DNA of 26,736 bases, from positions 1-26,736 of IMG/VR virus record IMGVR_UViG_3300044806_000184, one strand, 5' to 3'. The notes under the pieces were generated by a model. That model was given only the letters and a program-made list of their open reading frames with translations, did no database searches and was not told the origin of the DNA. This DNA is from a virus. Taxonomy: Duplodnaviria; Caudoviricetes. Shown one piece after another: positions 15,331 to 25,931 of this stretch. The position numbers were made by a program, and so were the translations under genes. Position 1 is the first letter of the stretch. Every line of letters starts with the position of its first letter.

Positions 15331-15377
15331 CAACGCATTCCTTCCCAAGACAAAGAATAATGATTATTGTCGTCCAT
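15330..15377 (-). pseudogene. Relic endolysin C-terminus / 15-aa coupling mini-ORF
   Basis: MDDNNHYSLSWEGMR* aligns with endolysin end KDFNHFSLSHEGMK*; TAATG and TGATG overlaps at its two ends. Confidence 0.8.
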
Positions 15378-15751
15378 TATTCTTCTTTTCTAAGCAGTCG
15401 TCGATAAAATGCAACAGCACGGTGCATCATTCTTACTCTTAATGTAGGCATCCCTATGCTCTCCATTGCCTCCCTAAAGAGATTGTCTGCATCTTCTCTT
15501 GGGATGGATTGGGTGTCACAATAATAGTCATGTAGTACGGCTGGACGATGGGCGGTATTACCTGTAAACCAATAGGCAAAGGGTAGGCGAGGTACAGAGG
15601 CAAAGTCACAAGAATAACCGGTAGGTACAACATGCATATTTCCCTTCTTATCTTCGTAAACAAGCTTATCCCAAAGTCGCCATTCTCCCTGACCATTATT
15701 AGCTAGGTCATCTACCAACTCTACTCTTAGAGGTGTTAAAAATCCGTTCAT
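15377..15751 (-). CDS. DUF1353 family protein
   Basis: VPTGYSCDFASVPR, AVLHDYYC, REDADNLFREAM. Confidence 0.85.
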   Translation of the reverse strand: MNGFLTPLRVELVDDLANNGQGEWRLWDKLVYEDKKGNMHVVPTGYSCDFASVPRLPFAYWFTGNTAHRPAVLHDYYCDTQSIPREDADNLFREAMESIGMPTLRVRMMHRAVAFYRRLLRKEE

Positions 15752-16086
15752 TTCATTCCCTCGTGACTCAAACTAAAATGGTTAAAGTCTTTGAACCTTC
15801 CACCCCAAGTACCTCCTTGAAGCTCCCACCATTCTCCTAACTCTTTATAACCCTTCTCTCCTTGAAGGTACACACCCTCTCTAAAGAGATTAAGGTCAAT
15901 AGCTAGCCTAATCTTATGGCAGGATTTAGGATGTCCATAACGTACTTTGGATTCCCCTATCTCTCCATGTACTCTGGGGTCTCTATAGGCATCCCCTAGT
16001 GTCACTTCATATCCAAGCTCAAAAGCCCTTGCAATGAGGGTGGCAACCATCTGAGCAAACTTCACTTGTTTCTGTCTAAGCGTCAT
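15748..16086 (-). CDS. Endolysin, M15 family Zn peptidase
   Basis: DAYR, SCHKIRLAIDLN (SxHxxxxAxD), WGGRF, DFNHF; ATG 16086. Confidence 0.9.
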   Translation of the reverse strand: MTLRQKQVKFAQMVATLIARAFELGYEVTLGDAYRDPRVHGEIGESKVRYGHPKSCHKIRLAIDLNLFREGVYLQGEKGYKELGEWWELQGGTWGGRFKDFNHFSLSHEGMK

Positions 16087-16354
16087 CCCCAATGACCTTT
16101 CCCTCAAATTTCCAAATATTCAACCAAGATAGCCAAGGGCCTCTCTTCTGATTTATAATTTTCTGTTCTTCTGTAGGTATATACTGTGTTACATTCTTAT
16201 CTAAATCTCTATGTAGGAAGTGTGGAATATAGTAAAGGGGGTGTTTTTTAGTTAAGCCAAAATCCTCTCCAAACCTACTTCTACGAATAAGAAGATAACC
16301 TCCCTCTTTCCATAGTTTCCTAACTGCATAGAGGAGACAATTCACTACGTCCAC
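16076..16354 (-). CDS. Hypothetical phage protein
   Basis: GTG start with GAGG SD; NCLLYA...GGYLLIRRSR...PHFLH. Confidence 0.7.
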   Translation of the reverse strand: MDVVNCLLYAVRKLWKEGGYLLIRRSRFGEDFGLTKKHPLYYIPHFLHRDLDKNVTQYIPTEEQKIINQKRGPWLSWLNIWKFEGKVIGDDA

Positions 16355-16809
16355 CTCTTCATTTTAGTTTTCTGAGTGTGTTCTTCCGCTGGATCATCTG
16401 GTTTTTGATTACGAAGATAGGTAGACCAGAGAGGTAGCATAATATCTTCAATCTCTTCTTCTGGTAGTTTATAAATCCTCCGTAGTTTAATCTCCAATTT
16501 CTCCAATTCAGAAGGTTTACTCTTAACAAGATCAGGATGTTCTTTGTACATCTTCTGGAGAAAAGTGGGTTGCACATCACTATCTCTTTTACCTGCTGCC
16601 CCAGGAAGTCTATCCCAACCCTGTTTTAATTCCTCAAGTTGTTGGTTAACTTTTTCTTCTAAGCTTCTGATTTGGCTATCTACTACTTGAAGTTTATCCT
16701 CTGTTGGGAGAGATTCTTCCGTAACAGGTTTTACCGGCTCCTGAGCAATACCAAGCTTCTCAGCAAATCTACTGCTAATGGGAATACCAGCGAGAAGAGG
16801 GCTTGCCAT
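16345..16809 (-). CDS. Hypothetical protein downstream of internal virion genes
   Basis: TAATG overlap with the 851-aa gene. Confidence 0.65.
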   Translation of the reverse strand: MASPLLAGIPISSRFAEKLGIAQEPVKPVTEESLPTEDKLQVVDSQIRSLEEKVNQQLEELKQGWDRLPGAAGKRDSDVQPTFLQKMYKEHPDLVKSKPSELEKLEIKLRRIYKLPEEEIEDIMLPLWSTYLRNQKPDDPAEEHTQKTKMKRWT

Positions 16810-19364
16810 TATTTCTTCTCCATACTCTTAAGAGGAGGGTTCTTAATACGAGTCTCTACCCATTTGTTAGCTTGAGCAATTGCATTAGACCACTCTAGGT
16901 CAGACTTAGGTAGGTTGATATGCTGCTTAATCCACTCTTTCTTCCAATACTGTTGGTAGAGGTCCTTAATTTGCTCCTGCTTCATCTGTTTAGCTTCATT
17001 CAAAGCACCCTGAGCAATAGCCTTAGAAGCTCCAGAGGAGCCTCCAGCTATGCTAATATTACTAGTGGGTGCCACTACCTTCCCTCCAGCGAACATTCTA
17101 GGAAGTTTCTTAGCAAGAGTAGGGATTGCATTAGTTAGGCCAAAGGCAATAAGGGCAGCTTCAATAGCTGGGCCAGCTCCGGGAATATCATGGAGAGCCT
17201 CGATATAGCTAATACTTTCAATAGCATCTTCCTTACTACTCTTCTTCAAAAGAGGAGAGGATTTAAAACCAGTGGAATCAAGAGCAACTCTTACACTATC
17301 CATTAGAATCTTTCTACTTTGCTCTCTAACGTCCACTTGTTGTTTAGGCTGAGGGTTACGAAGTTCTCTAGCAAATTCCGGAGAAATTCCAGATTGTTGT
17401 GGAGCAGGTTGAGGTATAGAAAGACGCTCTTTAGCCTCCGGAGAAAGAGTGGGAATGGTATTATCCGTAGGTTGAATGTTCAGGTTACTTCCTTGTTCCT
17501 GTTTACCCAGCATATCCCTAACAATAGTACGATAAGTTGGCTCATCAATAGTACCAGCGTCATACAGTTTAAAAGCTTCCTCGGGGGTACGAGCTTCCCA
17601 TCTGGCACCACCAGCTTCTTCTACTAGAGGTTGAGCCTCTTTGTATTTTCCAAAATAGGTTTCATAGAAGCCAGCAGAAGCAGCTTTGATGGTCAAACCA
17701 TTAGCTTTAGCATAGGCTTCAAGGGCAGTATTAATGTTCTTCCCATAAGCCCCATTAAAAGCTTCTGCATCCTTACCAGTAAAGACCAATCTACCATCTT
17801 CCAAGATATCCATCTGAACATCATATTGACTCTTTGCTACATTCTGGAACATACTCTTCAAGCCAAAGGCTTTATCGTCCATGTAGTCACTAATCATCTT
17901 CTGGACACCAAGGATACCTTCGGAATCCAAACCAGTGAGGTCGGACTTGGCAATCTCTCTGAGGTTCTGAGTAATAAAGAGATTCTTGGATTTGCTCTCT
18001 GTAATCTCAGGAAAAGCTTTGTTGTATCCAGCAATAATTTCCTTGAAAGGTTTCCAATCTTGATCCTTCTTAGCGGAAGCTACTCCAGCAGCAATAGCTT
18101 TACTGGACAGGTCATTAGGTTGTTGTACAGTGGGAATATTTCTTTGGAATGCCGGGGTCTTGAACATCGCATTGAAGGTATTAGAGAGGAAATCATCAAT
18201 AGCTTTTAGATTACCTTCTCCCAATATAACCCCACTAGGGTCAGCCATCTTGAGTTTAGCAAGCATATCAAATTGTTCAGGGTTAACCCTACTACGAAGG
18301 TCTTTCTCTTGCATACCCTTCATGATGGCAACTTGGTTTCCTACAGCTTTTGCCATATCTTCTCCACTACCCAACTTAGAGAGATTGGCTTCCATTTGGT
18401 CAGCAAACTTCCTGAAATCTTCAATCTGTTGCTTAACCTCTGGTTCATTCCTAATGTTTAGAGGAATACTATTAGGATAAGCCATTTTGGCTTCTTCTAG
18501 GATTTGCCTAATAGAATATTGAGTGGCAGAATATCCAGCCGTAGGATTATTTTTAAACAATTCTTGCATCTTGACATTAAGTTGCCCCAACATACCATTA
18601 TGATAGTCAGAAAGCTTCCCACCATCTCGCCATTGAAGATAGGTATTTCTATCTATGAATTGTCCAGTTTTAGTAATAGCTTCAGCTTCCTTTACAGTAC
18701 GTTCTTGCCTACGCACTGCATCAATAGACTGCATCTTCTGCTCAACACTCATACTAAACCAACCAGGGATATCTTTCTCCCTACCCTCTGCATCAAGATC
18801 GCTAATCATCTTTTGATAAGCTTCTCCTTGATCTTTCTCCAATTTAGCTTGTTGCTTCATAAAGCTACCGAGGCCAGAAAGCTCCATGTATTTATCAGCA
18901 GTTTGAAGCAACTCTTTTTGAAGGAAGGGGTTACGATTGACAGCTTCTCTAGTGGCGGAGAGGATACGAGTTTGCAGTTGATCCAGACTCATTCTTCCTT
19001 GAGCTACTGCATTCTGATAGGTAGAGAGTTTCTCACTCAAACCTCTGGTATACTGTTCCTGTTCATCAGGAGAGGGGATACCAGAAAGAAGAAACTCTTG
19101 CTCACCCTTAACTAACCCCCCTACTTCGACTCCAAGAGCTTTAGCTTCGTTAGATAGATATCCAGGAGCATTAGTGTTAAAGTAGCTATCTGCTCCCTTG
19201 GTCATTTCCTTTTCCAAGTCAGCCATTTGATAGCCAGTGTATGCTTCTATTCCCATCTTAGCAGCATCACCTAAGAGACCTACCATAGAATTGTCTTGTA
19301 CACCCTTACTGACATGAGGCTCTGCCTTAACTCCACTAAGGATGGGTTGAAAGATATCAGCCAT
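16809..19364 (-). CDS. Probable internal virion (ejection) protein, 851 aa
   Basis: Large helical-looking protein in podovirus core-protein position; TAATG overlap, GAGG SD. Confidence 0.7.
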   Translation of the reverse strand: MADIFQPILSGVKAEPHVSKGVQDNSMVGLLGDAAKMGIEAYTGYQMADLEKEMTKGADSYFNTNAPGYLSNEAKALGVEVGGLVKGEQEFLLSGIPSPDEQEQYTRGLSEKLSTYQNAVAQGRMSLDQLQTRILSATREAVNRNPFLQKELLQTADKYMELSGLGSFMKQQAKLEKDQGEAYQKMISDLDAEGREKDIPGWFSMSVEQKMQSIDAVRRQERTVKEAEAITKTGQFIDRNTYLQWRDGGKLSDYHNGMLGQLNVKMQELFKNNPTAGYSATQYSIRQILEEAKMAYPNSIPLNIRNEPEVKQQIEDFRKFADQMEANLSKLGSGEDMAKAVGNQVAIMKGMQEKDLRSRVNPEQFDMLAKLKMADPSGVILGEGNLKAIDDFLSNTFNAMFKTPAFQRNIPTVQQPNDLSSKAIAAGVASAKKDQDWKPFKEIIAGYNKAFPEITESKSKNLFITQNLREIAKSDLTGLDSEGILGVQKMISDYMDDKAFGLKSMFQNVAKSQYDVQMDILEDGRLVFTGKDAEAFNGAYGKNINTALEAYAKANGLTIKAASAGFYETYFGKYKEAQPLVEEAGGARWEARTPEEAFKLYDAGTIDEPTYRTIVRDMLGKQEQGSNLNIQPTDNTIPTLSPEAKERLSIPQPAPQQSGISPEFARELRNPQPKQQVDVREQSRKILMDSVRVALDSTGFKSSPLLKKSSKEDAIESISYIEALHDIPGAGPAIEAALIAFGLTNAIPTLAKKLPRMFAGGKVVAPTSNISIAGGSSGASKAIAQGALNEAKQMKQEQIKDLYQQYWKKEWIKQHINLPKSDLEWSNAIAQANKWVETRIKNPPLKSMEKK

Positions 19365-22300
19365 TATTTCATCACCTCATTAACTTGTTTCAATCTGGGG
19401 TCATCGGTATTGTTAAGCATATTTCTCAACTGCTGCATATACCCGTCATTCTCTGTACGATAGTTATTCAACACATAGAGGGCCAAACTATCCCCAAGGG
19501 TCTCTTGAGAACGCTTATCCCACTTTCTAATTTCTATGATCATATCATCCTTATACTCTTCAGGAATATTCTGGAGGAATCCTCTTACCCCTTCCCAATA
19601 TTTTTCAAATTCTTTAGGATCACGAGTGATAGTAGTCATCAATCTATCATGGATTTCCTTAGACTTCTCTTTGATATACTTCTCTCGTTTACCCTTAACC
19701 TTCATCATATCCCAAACAGTACTTTCATAATTGGTAGGTATACCAAAGAGCCTACCAATAATCTCACCAGTGGTTTGTACATGACCAAGTTTCTGTCCAG
19801 TTTTTGTTAACTGATCTGCAACAAGCGCCTTATCAATGTCATTCATTGTACCGGCAAAGGTGAGAACTTTCCAAGCCATAGCTTGATAGTTGGGATCATC
19901 TCCTCGAATAGTTGGGATATTGTACATATCATACAACGTATTGGCAGTTTGAAAAATACTAGCAGTGGCATTCATAAATGGGAACTTAGGAGCTTTCTCC
20001 ATATCACCCATAACCATGTCTACCAAACCATCTGCAATATCCCACAAGTATACACTCTCTGGCACGGTAGAGGTAAACTTGCCCCAGAAACTATCTGTCT
20101 TAGTTCCAGTGAGGAAAGAAAGAGCTTCATTCATAACATAGTCAGATGCACCTCTTGCATACTTATTCAAGTTCTCATCAGTTTCCTCTGGCATATACTC
20201 TTGCATGATCTTATACATTGCAGCACCACCAGGGACTCCCCACTTGCCATACCAGAAGAGTCTAGCAGCCAAAAGCTTACCTCTCATAGCAGGAGTAAGA
20301 TCGGGACTACTGAGCATTTGCATGAAACTCTTATGAGGGATGGCAATAAACTGTGCCATCATAGAGAGCATACCCTCCTGCATAGGCATCATACCTGCTC
20401 TGGTAGATGCACCATGTCCCATTCTCCAAGTAAGTTGTCCAATTTCTGCAACGTGCTCTGGGATATTCCAGTTCTTACCAGGATTCTCTGCCATCCATTT
20501 ATGACGAGAGAAAAGCCAGAGAATCACTTGGTTCATCAGTTCAGAAGCATCATAACCTATACTTCTTTGTACCCGAGAGGGGAACATTACAGTCTTTTTA
20601 GCTGTCTGAGCAACCTTGGTTGGCATACTCTGCACCAACTCTTCTGTAGCATCCTTCCACCAACCATGCACCATCTGGTTAGTATCTACAGCTTGCATAA
20701 TACCAGTTTTCTCTAAAGCAGAAACAATCTCATCATACTCTTTTACACCTCTTCTACCTAGAGCATCTACACCACCCTTTATAGGCTTAAGTGTACGCCC
20801 CTTTGAAACCATACCTGCCCAAATAGGGCCTATTTCATTCAAAGCAGATTTAAGGAAAGTAGGACTAATGCTAGAAAGCTCTAGCAACTGTTGAGGTTGT
20901 ACCACCCACATTCTCATAGGTCTCATAAAGAGCCAAAGGTGACTACCAAGAGACTTAACCCACTTAACCGGGAGCATTCCCTTTTCACCAACTTCTCGCA
21001 TACTGGGAGCAAGTTTAGTAAGGAAACTATTTTCCAGAGCATCGGCAATAGCACCTAAAGCACCCTTCCAAACCACGTCAGATCGCAGGCTACTAAACTG
21101 TTGCATCTCAAGTTGTTTATACACTTGCTGGGCAGAACGGAACCTAGCTTCCTCTTCTTTTGTCATTCTTCCTTTAAGTCTACCAGGAGAGATGTCAGTA
21201 ATTTGGTCAGGAAACTTCCCACCAGTGAACTCTCCATAATCCTTTACAAACTGCTTCCTAGCATGCTCCATGTAGCTACCAAAAGCCTCTAAGCGAGAAA
21301 GAGACATAATAGCTTTAGTTTGGGAAACAAGAACATCCTCTACTTCAGTCTCTCTATTTAGACCAGGAAGCTTCCCACCCCTCTTCTGATGTTCAGCAAA
21401 ATACTGTTCATACACTTTACTATCGAAAATAATCTTATCCTCGATATCTTTTCTCTCATCACGGTATTCGTAGCTGTGTTGCGGATTGTCTTGTCTCTCC
21501 CTATCTCTAAGAATTTCAGCTTCCTTCCTAGTCTTTGCCATAGCAACAGCTTGACGATAATTCGGAAGCTCTGCTTCTGTAATTTTGTTTCCATCTACTC
21601 TCAGATTCCTAGGTTGTTTCTCAACAACAAACCACTCTTTGTATTTTCTAGTGATGTATCCAGGAATTTTATTCAAACTACCAGGATGTACAGGGCCAAG
21701 CTGATTACTACCTATTCTAGCATAATTGTAAAGATCATCCCCAATCTTCACTGCATCGTGTAGTTTAACAACAGGAATAGTAGGATCGTGATCTACTACA
21801 CTTCTAGTTGAAAAATCCCAGACCTTCTTAATAGGGGTGTCTGTAGGAATAGTTCTTGTAGCAAAACCAAGTCTCTCTCCGGTAGGAGAATAGAGAGTTT
21901 CATATCCATCTTTTTCTAGGGTATATCTGAACTTTCTATCAGACATATTGTAAAGATAATCTTCAATACGTCTATAGCCGAGATATGAAGCATACAGGTT
22001 TTGAGAATCTTTAGTAGAAAGCTCAGGATGTTTGGCTCTTACGTCAGAAAGCCTCCAAACACTACCAGTAGATTCTCCCTCACGAAGAAGAGAGTTCAGT
22101 TGTACTTTATGATGAGTCTTTAATACCAAATCTCTCTGAGCCTCTAGAAATACCTGTTCCACTCTAGCTTGCTTCCAAGCAGATTGTGCTCCGATAGAAG
22201 GAACCCAAGTCTTCATTCTCATAAAAGAAGGCCAAATCCAACTACCTACATCAGAGCCAGCTAAACGAGAAACATCCACCCCCCAAATATCTGTCTTAAG

Positions 22301-23773
22301 TGCATTTTCCCCAAAGACAAGATGTTCCAAAGGTTCATAAGGACGCTTGAATTCCCATTGAACGAAATACTGTCCATTCCTCTCAACGATATTAAAAGTG
22401 CCTTGTTCTGGCAACTTAGATGTATTAACCTTGAGTTGTTCCAAAGCATATTCAGCAGCCATTTGCGTATCATAGCCATATTGACTATTTCTACCAAAGA
22501 GAGCTTTGCCTTTGAGATAACTAGAAGACTCTGTCCATTCAAAATCCAAAATAGACTGAGAAGTAAGGAGTTTAGGGCCGGTAGTTTCTGTCATCACTGC
22601 AATGTAAGCAGCTTTATCTTCAGCAATCTTACTTACAGGATAGATGTTAGGATCAATTCTAGTTTCTTCATACAGACCAGATAGTCTTCTATCTGTTGCT
22701 ACAATAGCATCTACCAAATCCGGTCTATCTGCCAAATCATCTGCAAGCTTAGTGAGCGTCCAATCTGCTACTAAGTTTTCCCTCGTAGTACCTAGTGCTC
22801 TAGCAAGTTCTCCTGTAGTATCTACAATTGCAGCTGTTCCTAAACTCTCAGCATTTGCTTTATTAGCTTGAGCAGTAGTTGCAGCAGGGCTATCCGGAGG
22901 AATGTTTTTCTTTTTCAAAAGAGCCTTGCCACCCTTGTAGGCACCATAGTAACCTACCATACTAGATGCCGTATAGGCAGCCGTAGCGGCTCCAGGAGAG
23001 CCTGTAAAGTCCAAGACCTTATCTCCTAGCCACTTAAAAGGAATATCAATAAATTCCATAACTTCTTGGAACTTCTGCATCACTTTCTGACTACCAGCAT
23101 TATCGGGCATATAGCCCCATTCCTGTACAGCTTTCAATATTTCAGCAGCTTTAGCTGGGTCTTTTTCCTTCGCCAAGCCATAAATAGCTGCCCAACCAGC
23201 AGGAATAGATAGGGCAATTTGACTAGCAATAGCACCAGTACCTTTCAGTACAGAAGAGAAATCTACATCGGCCTCTTTAATAAGTCTCGCTGCTTCGGCT
23301 TCTTGTTTAATTCTATCTTCCAACAAGATATTATCAGCAACTTTATCCTGCATACTCCTATCTAGCGAAGTCTTAGCAGTATCCATAGAAGCTTGTTGAA
23401 TAAGGTACTTCTTTCTCAGACTATCTGAAATGAAGTCTCCAGCCAAGTAGCTATTAATCGTAGCTCTTTTCTCATAATCCGGTACAGTTGGGTCAATCAT
23501 CATACCAGTGATGACAGCTTTTGCTGTATTATTCTGATCTTCCTGCCACTTCTGTTTAGCCAGAGTTAGGAGAGACGATTCTCCAGTACGAGCTATTTCC
23601 TCTTGAGCATTCTTCCAATCCTTAACGGGATCATACCCTTCTGTTGCTACTGCATAAAATACATCATTAGAAGAAACTTTAGGTTTCTCCTGAGTAATAG
23701 GAATCTCATGGACATCCATCCCAACTTCATCTTCTACCGGAATAGGTGGCAGTTGAGGAACTACTTGTTCCAT
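19364..23773 (-). CDS. Large probable internal virion (ejection) protein, 1469 aa
   Basis: Size and position downstream of nozzle and small core genes; GAGGA SD. Confidence 0.75.
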   Translation of the reverse strand: MEQVVPQLPPIPVEDEVGMDVHEIPITQEKPKVSSNDVFYAVATEGYDPVKDWKNAQEEIARTGESSLLTLAKQKWQEDQNNTAKAVITGMMIDPTVPDYEKRATINSYLAGDFISDSLRKKYLIQQASMDTAKTSLDRSMQDKVADNILLEDRIKQEAEAARLIKEADVDFSSVLKGTGAIASQIALSIPAGWAAIYGLAKEKDPAKAAEILKAVQEWGYMPDNAGSQKVMQKFQEVMEFIDIPFKWLGDKVLDFTGSPGAATAAYTASSMVGYYGAYKGGKALLKKKNIPPDSPAATTAQANKANAESLGTAAIVDTTGELARALGTTRENLVADWTLTKLADDLADRPDLVDAIVATDRRLSGLYEETRIDPNIYPVSKIAEDKAAYIAVMTETTGPKLLTSQSILDFEWTESSSYLKGKALFGRNSQYGYDTQMAAEYALEQLKVNTSKLPEQGTFNIVERNGQYFVQWEFKRPYEPLEHLVFGENALKTDIWGVDVSRLAGSDVGSWIWPSFMRMKTWVPSIGAQSAWKQARVEQVFLEAQRDLVLKTHHKVQLNSLLREGESTGSVWRLSDVRAKHPELSTKDSQNLYASYLGYRRIEDYLYNMSDRKFRYTLEKDGYETLYSPTGERLGFATRTIPTDTPIKKVWDFSTRSVVDHDPTIPVVKLHDAVKIGDDLYNYARIGSNQLGPVHPGSLNKIPGYITRKYKEWFVVEKQPRNLRVDGNKITEAELPNYRQAVAMAKTRKEAEILRDRERQDNPQHSYEYRDERKDIEDKIIFDSKVYEQYFAEHQKRGGKLPGLNRETEVEDVLVSQTKAIMSLSRLEAFGSYMEHARKQFVKDYGEFTGGKFPDQITDISPGRLKGRMTKEEEARFRSAQQVYKQLEMQQFSSLRSDVVWKGALGAIADALENSFLTKLAPSMREVGEKGMLPVKWVKSLGSHLWLFMRPMRMWVVQPQQLLELSSISPTFLKSALNEIGPIWAGMVSKGRTLKPIKGGVDALGRRGVKEYDEIVSALEKTGIMQAVDTNQMVHGWWKDATEELVQSMPTKVAQTAKKTVMFPSRVQRSIGYDASELMNQVILWLFSRHKWMAENPGKNWNIPEHVAEIGQLTWRMGHGASTRAGMMPMQEGMLSMMAQFIAIPHKSFMQMLSSPDLTPAMRGKLLAARLFWYGKWGVPGGAAMYKIMQEYMPEETDENLNKYARGASDYVMNEALSFLTGTKTDSFWGKFTSTVPESVYLWDIADGLVDMVMGDMEKAPKFPFMNATASIFQTANTLYDMYNIPTIRGDDPNYQAMAWKVLTFAGTMNDIDKALVADQLTKTGQKLGHVQTTGEIIGRLFGIPTNYESTVWDMMKVKGKREKYIKEKSKEIHDRLMTTITRDPKEFEKYWEGVRGFLQNIPEEYKDDMIIEIRKWDKRSQETLGDSLALYVLNNYRTENDGYMQQLRNMLNNTDDPRLKQVNEVMK

Positions 23774-24252
23774 GATTTGTCCTCAATAGGGGCACCAGGG
23801 TATTGTGGGATACCTCCTGAGTTAAATACTTTCTTCCAAGCATCCTCTCCACCCATCATGCCACCAACCTTTCCTAGTATTTGGAAACCAGCTCCCATAG
23901 TACCAGCATCAAGAGCAGCTTGATTGGCATCACTAGCTTTCTTCCCGAGGTGTTGCATTGTATTCATATAAGAAAGATTACTACCTAGTTGACTAGAGGT
24001 AGAAGAAGTTGCTCCAGCAACACTAGCTCCAGCAGAACCCATTCCGCTATTACCAGCAGTTGCTAGAATCTCAGAACGTCTGATACGAGCTTCCCTGGCA
24101 GCTTGGATACGTTGTTTAGCATCGGCAGCAGCAGCAGCTCGTTCCTGGGCTTCTTGAGACTTCTTCTGTTGTTTGGCAGCTTCTCTTTGAGAGACATAAC
24201 TCCCAACCATTCCAACTCCAGAAAGGATCAATCCTACTGTTTCAAGTCCCAT
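23761..24252 (-). CDS. Small internal virion protein (T7 gp14-like position)
   Basis: Hydrophobic N-terminus MGLETVGLILSGVGMVGS, Ala/Gln-rich, REARIRR..ILA..GNSG; GGAG SD. Confidence 0.75.
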   Translation of the reverse strand: MGLETVGLILSGVGMVGSYVSQREAAKQQKKSQEAQERAAAAADAKQRIQAAREARIRRSEILATAGNSGMGSAGASVAGATSSTSSQLGSNLSYMNTMQHLGKKASDANQAALDAGTMGAGFQILGKVGGMMGGEDAWKKVFNSGGIPQYPGAPIEDKSWNK

Positions 24253-24532
24253 AATCAAGCTCCATTACTTTATACTGTTCGAGTCTAATACCACTATCTA
24301 CAAATCCAAAAAGTTTTTCCCACTTCTCATCTTGTTCTGTAGAAGGAATAGCCTTTACATTTGTGATGTTTTCTTTCTTCAACTCCACTAGGATGCTTCC
24401 CAATACTTTCAAATACTTCTTATATTTAGATAAAGACCAAGAATACACATGCGTATGCATGAAGTAGTCATTTACTTCTTCCACATATTGAAGTAGTATC
24501 GTGATATCTTCATCTTGGTAGAGAATTCTCAT
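24242..24532 (-). CDS. Small GNAT-like virion assembly protein (T7 gp13-like position)
   Basis: ATGA overlap with nozzle C-part stop; KWEKLFGF resembles the GNAT terminal motif; synteny. Confidence 0.6.
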   Translation of the reverse strand: MRILYQDEDITILLQYVEEVNDYFMHTHVYSWSLSKYKKYLKVLGSILVELKKENITNVKAIPSTEQDEKWEKLFGFVDSGIRLEQYKVMELDYGT

Positions 24533-25257
24533 ACAATTACAGTAGAGGTCATAGGAACAGTCCAACCATAAATCTTCATATCTTTTCCAGCTTCGCTTTG
24601 GAAGTAAAGACTAAGTGCTCTTCCACTACCCCTAAGTTTGTTCTTCGTTACAACTACTTTATCACCAGTATCATAGTCATCTGCTACACTAGAAGGAATA
24701 TAGTTCCTATTGTAGCGATAGGCTTGGAATTGGGTACCCCACTTATTACTAGCAGAAGTGTTAGTCCAGTTCCATTGAGACTGAATAAGACAAGAAGAAG
24801 GATGGGTAGCTACAATACTATTCCCATCGTTAATGAAACCATCCTCTGTTCTTTCAAAAAAGCAGATAAGATAAGTAGCTTGTTTCTTCCGAACACTGTC
24901 TCCAAACAACTCATAACCTGTTACAAAATAACTAGAGAAATCAATACCATTGATAGTAGATGTTTTCCAATCATAGAAGGTATCATCTGTGTATCTCGCT
25001 ACAGTAAATTGTCCAGGAGCAAGATATACTAAGAAAGAAAACTCACTATCTCTAGTAGACATAACGACTGCATTAATCTGTACAATATCCGTACCAACTT
25101 TAACTACATCCCCACCAACATAAACATCCTCTACTTCTGTTGCAGTGGTATAGTTGGGAAGTACAACATAATCCTTCACACCAATACTAATATCCTCTAC
25201 ACTAGATGTATAGAAAGCTTGGAGAGGGAGGTCGAGGATTAGTTCTTTGAAAGCCAT
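24529..25257 (-). CDS. Tail nozzle / tubular protein B, C-terminal part
   Basis: ELILDL..QAFY start; DFSSYFVTGY, KNKLRGSGRALSLYFQSEAGKDMKIYGW end, as recalled for nozzle proteins; position just before core genes. Confidence 0.75.
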   Translation of the reverse strand: MAFKELILDLPLQAFYTSSVEDISIGVKDYVVLPNYTTATEVEDVYVGGDVVKVGTDIVQINAVVMSTRDSEFSFLVYLAPGQFTVARYTDDTFYDWKTSTINGIDFSSYFVTGYELFGDSVRKKQATYLICFFERTEDGFINDGNSIVATHPSSCLIQSQWNWTNTSASNKWGTQFQAYRYNRNYIPSSVADDYDTGDKVVVTKNKLRGSGRALSLYFQSEAGKDMKIYGWTVPMTSTVIV

Positions 25258-25931
25258 TAGCCTACCTTAAAAGGTTCTGTTGGAACATCTATATCCCCAG
25301 AAGTATCATATCTAGCAGCCCTAGTGCCACGATGTTCTGCTACTCTCATGTAATAGGCAGGATCACTACCACCCATTCTCCCAGTAGAAAATCCATCAAG
25401 ATCAGTACTATCTGCAATAGTTGTTGCATGTTTTACGCCGTCTATCCAAGTGTGGATAGTTCCAGATTCTCGTTGAAATACCAGCCAGTGCCAAGTCTCA
25501 GCAGAAATATCTCCTGCAAGGTTTACCCGTCCGGAGACTACATAGAAACCGAAGGTCGCCCCATCTTTCACATAAGAAATATATTGCCCACCACCACCGG
25601 TTACTTCTTCATAAACGTAATGATGGACAGGATGGAAAGGCTTGAACTTGCACCATGCTTCAATAGTAAAATCACCAGTTCCTATAGCAGTATCTCCTGC
25701 CGTTTCATAAGCATAGGAAGGAGTTGAATAGGAATAATTAGTTTCTAAACAATAGTTACCTAACGTATAAGGATCATCTACCGTAAACCTAGTGTTGATT
25801 TGTGCCCCAGTAAGATTACCTTTTTGATCCACTAGATCATTATCATACCGGAAGTACCAAAGTACGTCATCCCAAAATGGATCACCATTTCCACCATTAA
25901 AAAGAAACGCACTACCCGGCACTATAATCAT
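25257..25931 (-). CDS. LamG/concanavalin A-like domain tail protein (putative receptor binding)
   Basis: GDPFWDDV, GTGDFTIEAW, WHWLVFQRESG...WIDG, AARY...VPTEPF. Confidence 0.82.
   Translation of the reverse strand: MIIVPGSAFLFNGGNGDPFWDDVLWYFRYDNDLVDQKGNLTGAQINTRFTVDDPYTLGNYCLETNYSYSTPSYAYETAGDTAIGTGDFTIEAWCKFKPFHPVHHYVYEEVTGGGGQYISYVKDGATFGFYVVSGRVNLAGDISAETWHWLVFQRESGTIHTWIDGVKHATTIADSTDLDGFSTGRMGGSDPAYYMRVAEHRGTRAARYDTSGDIDVPTEPFKVG

Noticed and set aside
16920-24288. Many + strand ORFs up to 277 aa opposite the virion genes
   Set aside because: Antisense shadows of long - strand genes, with no recognisable motifs.
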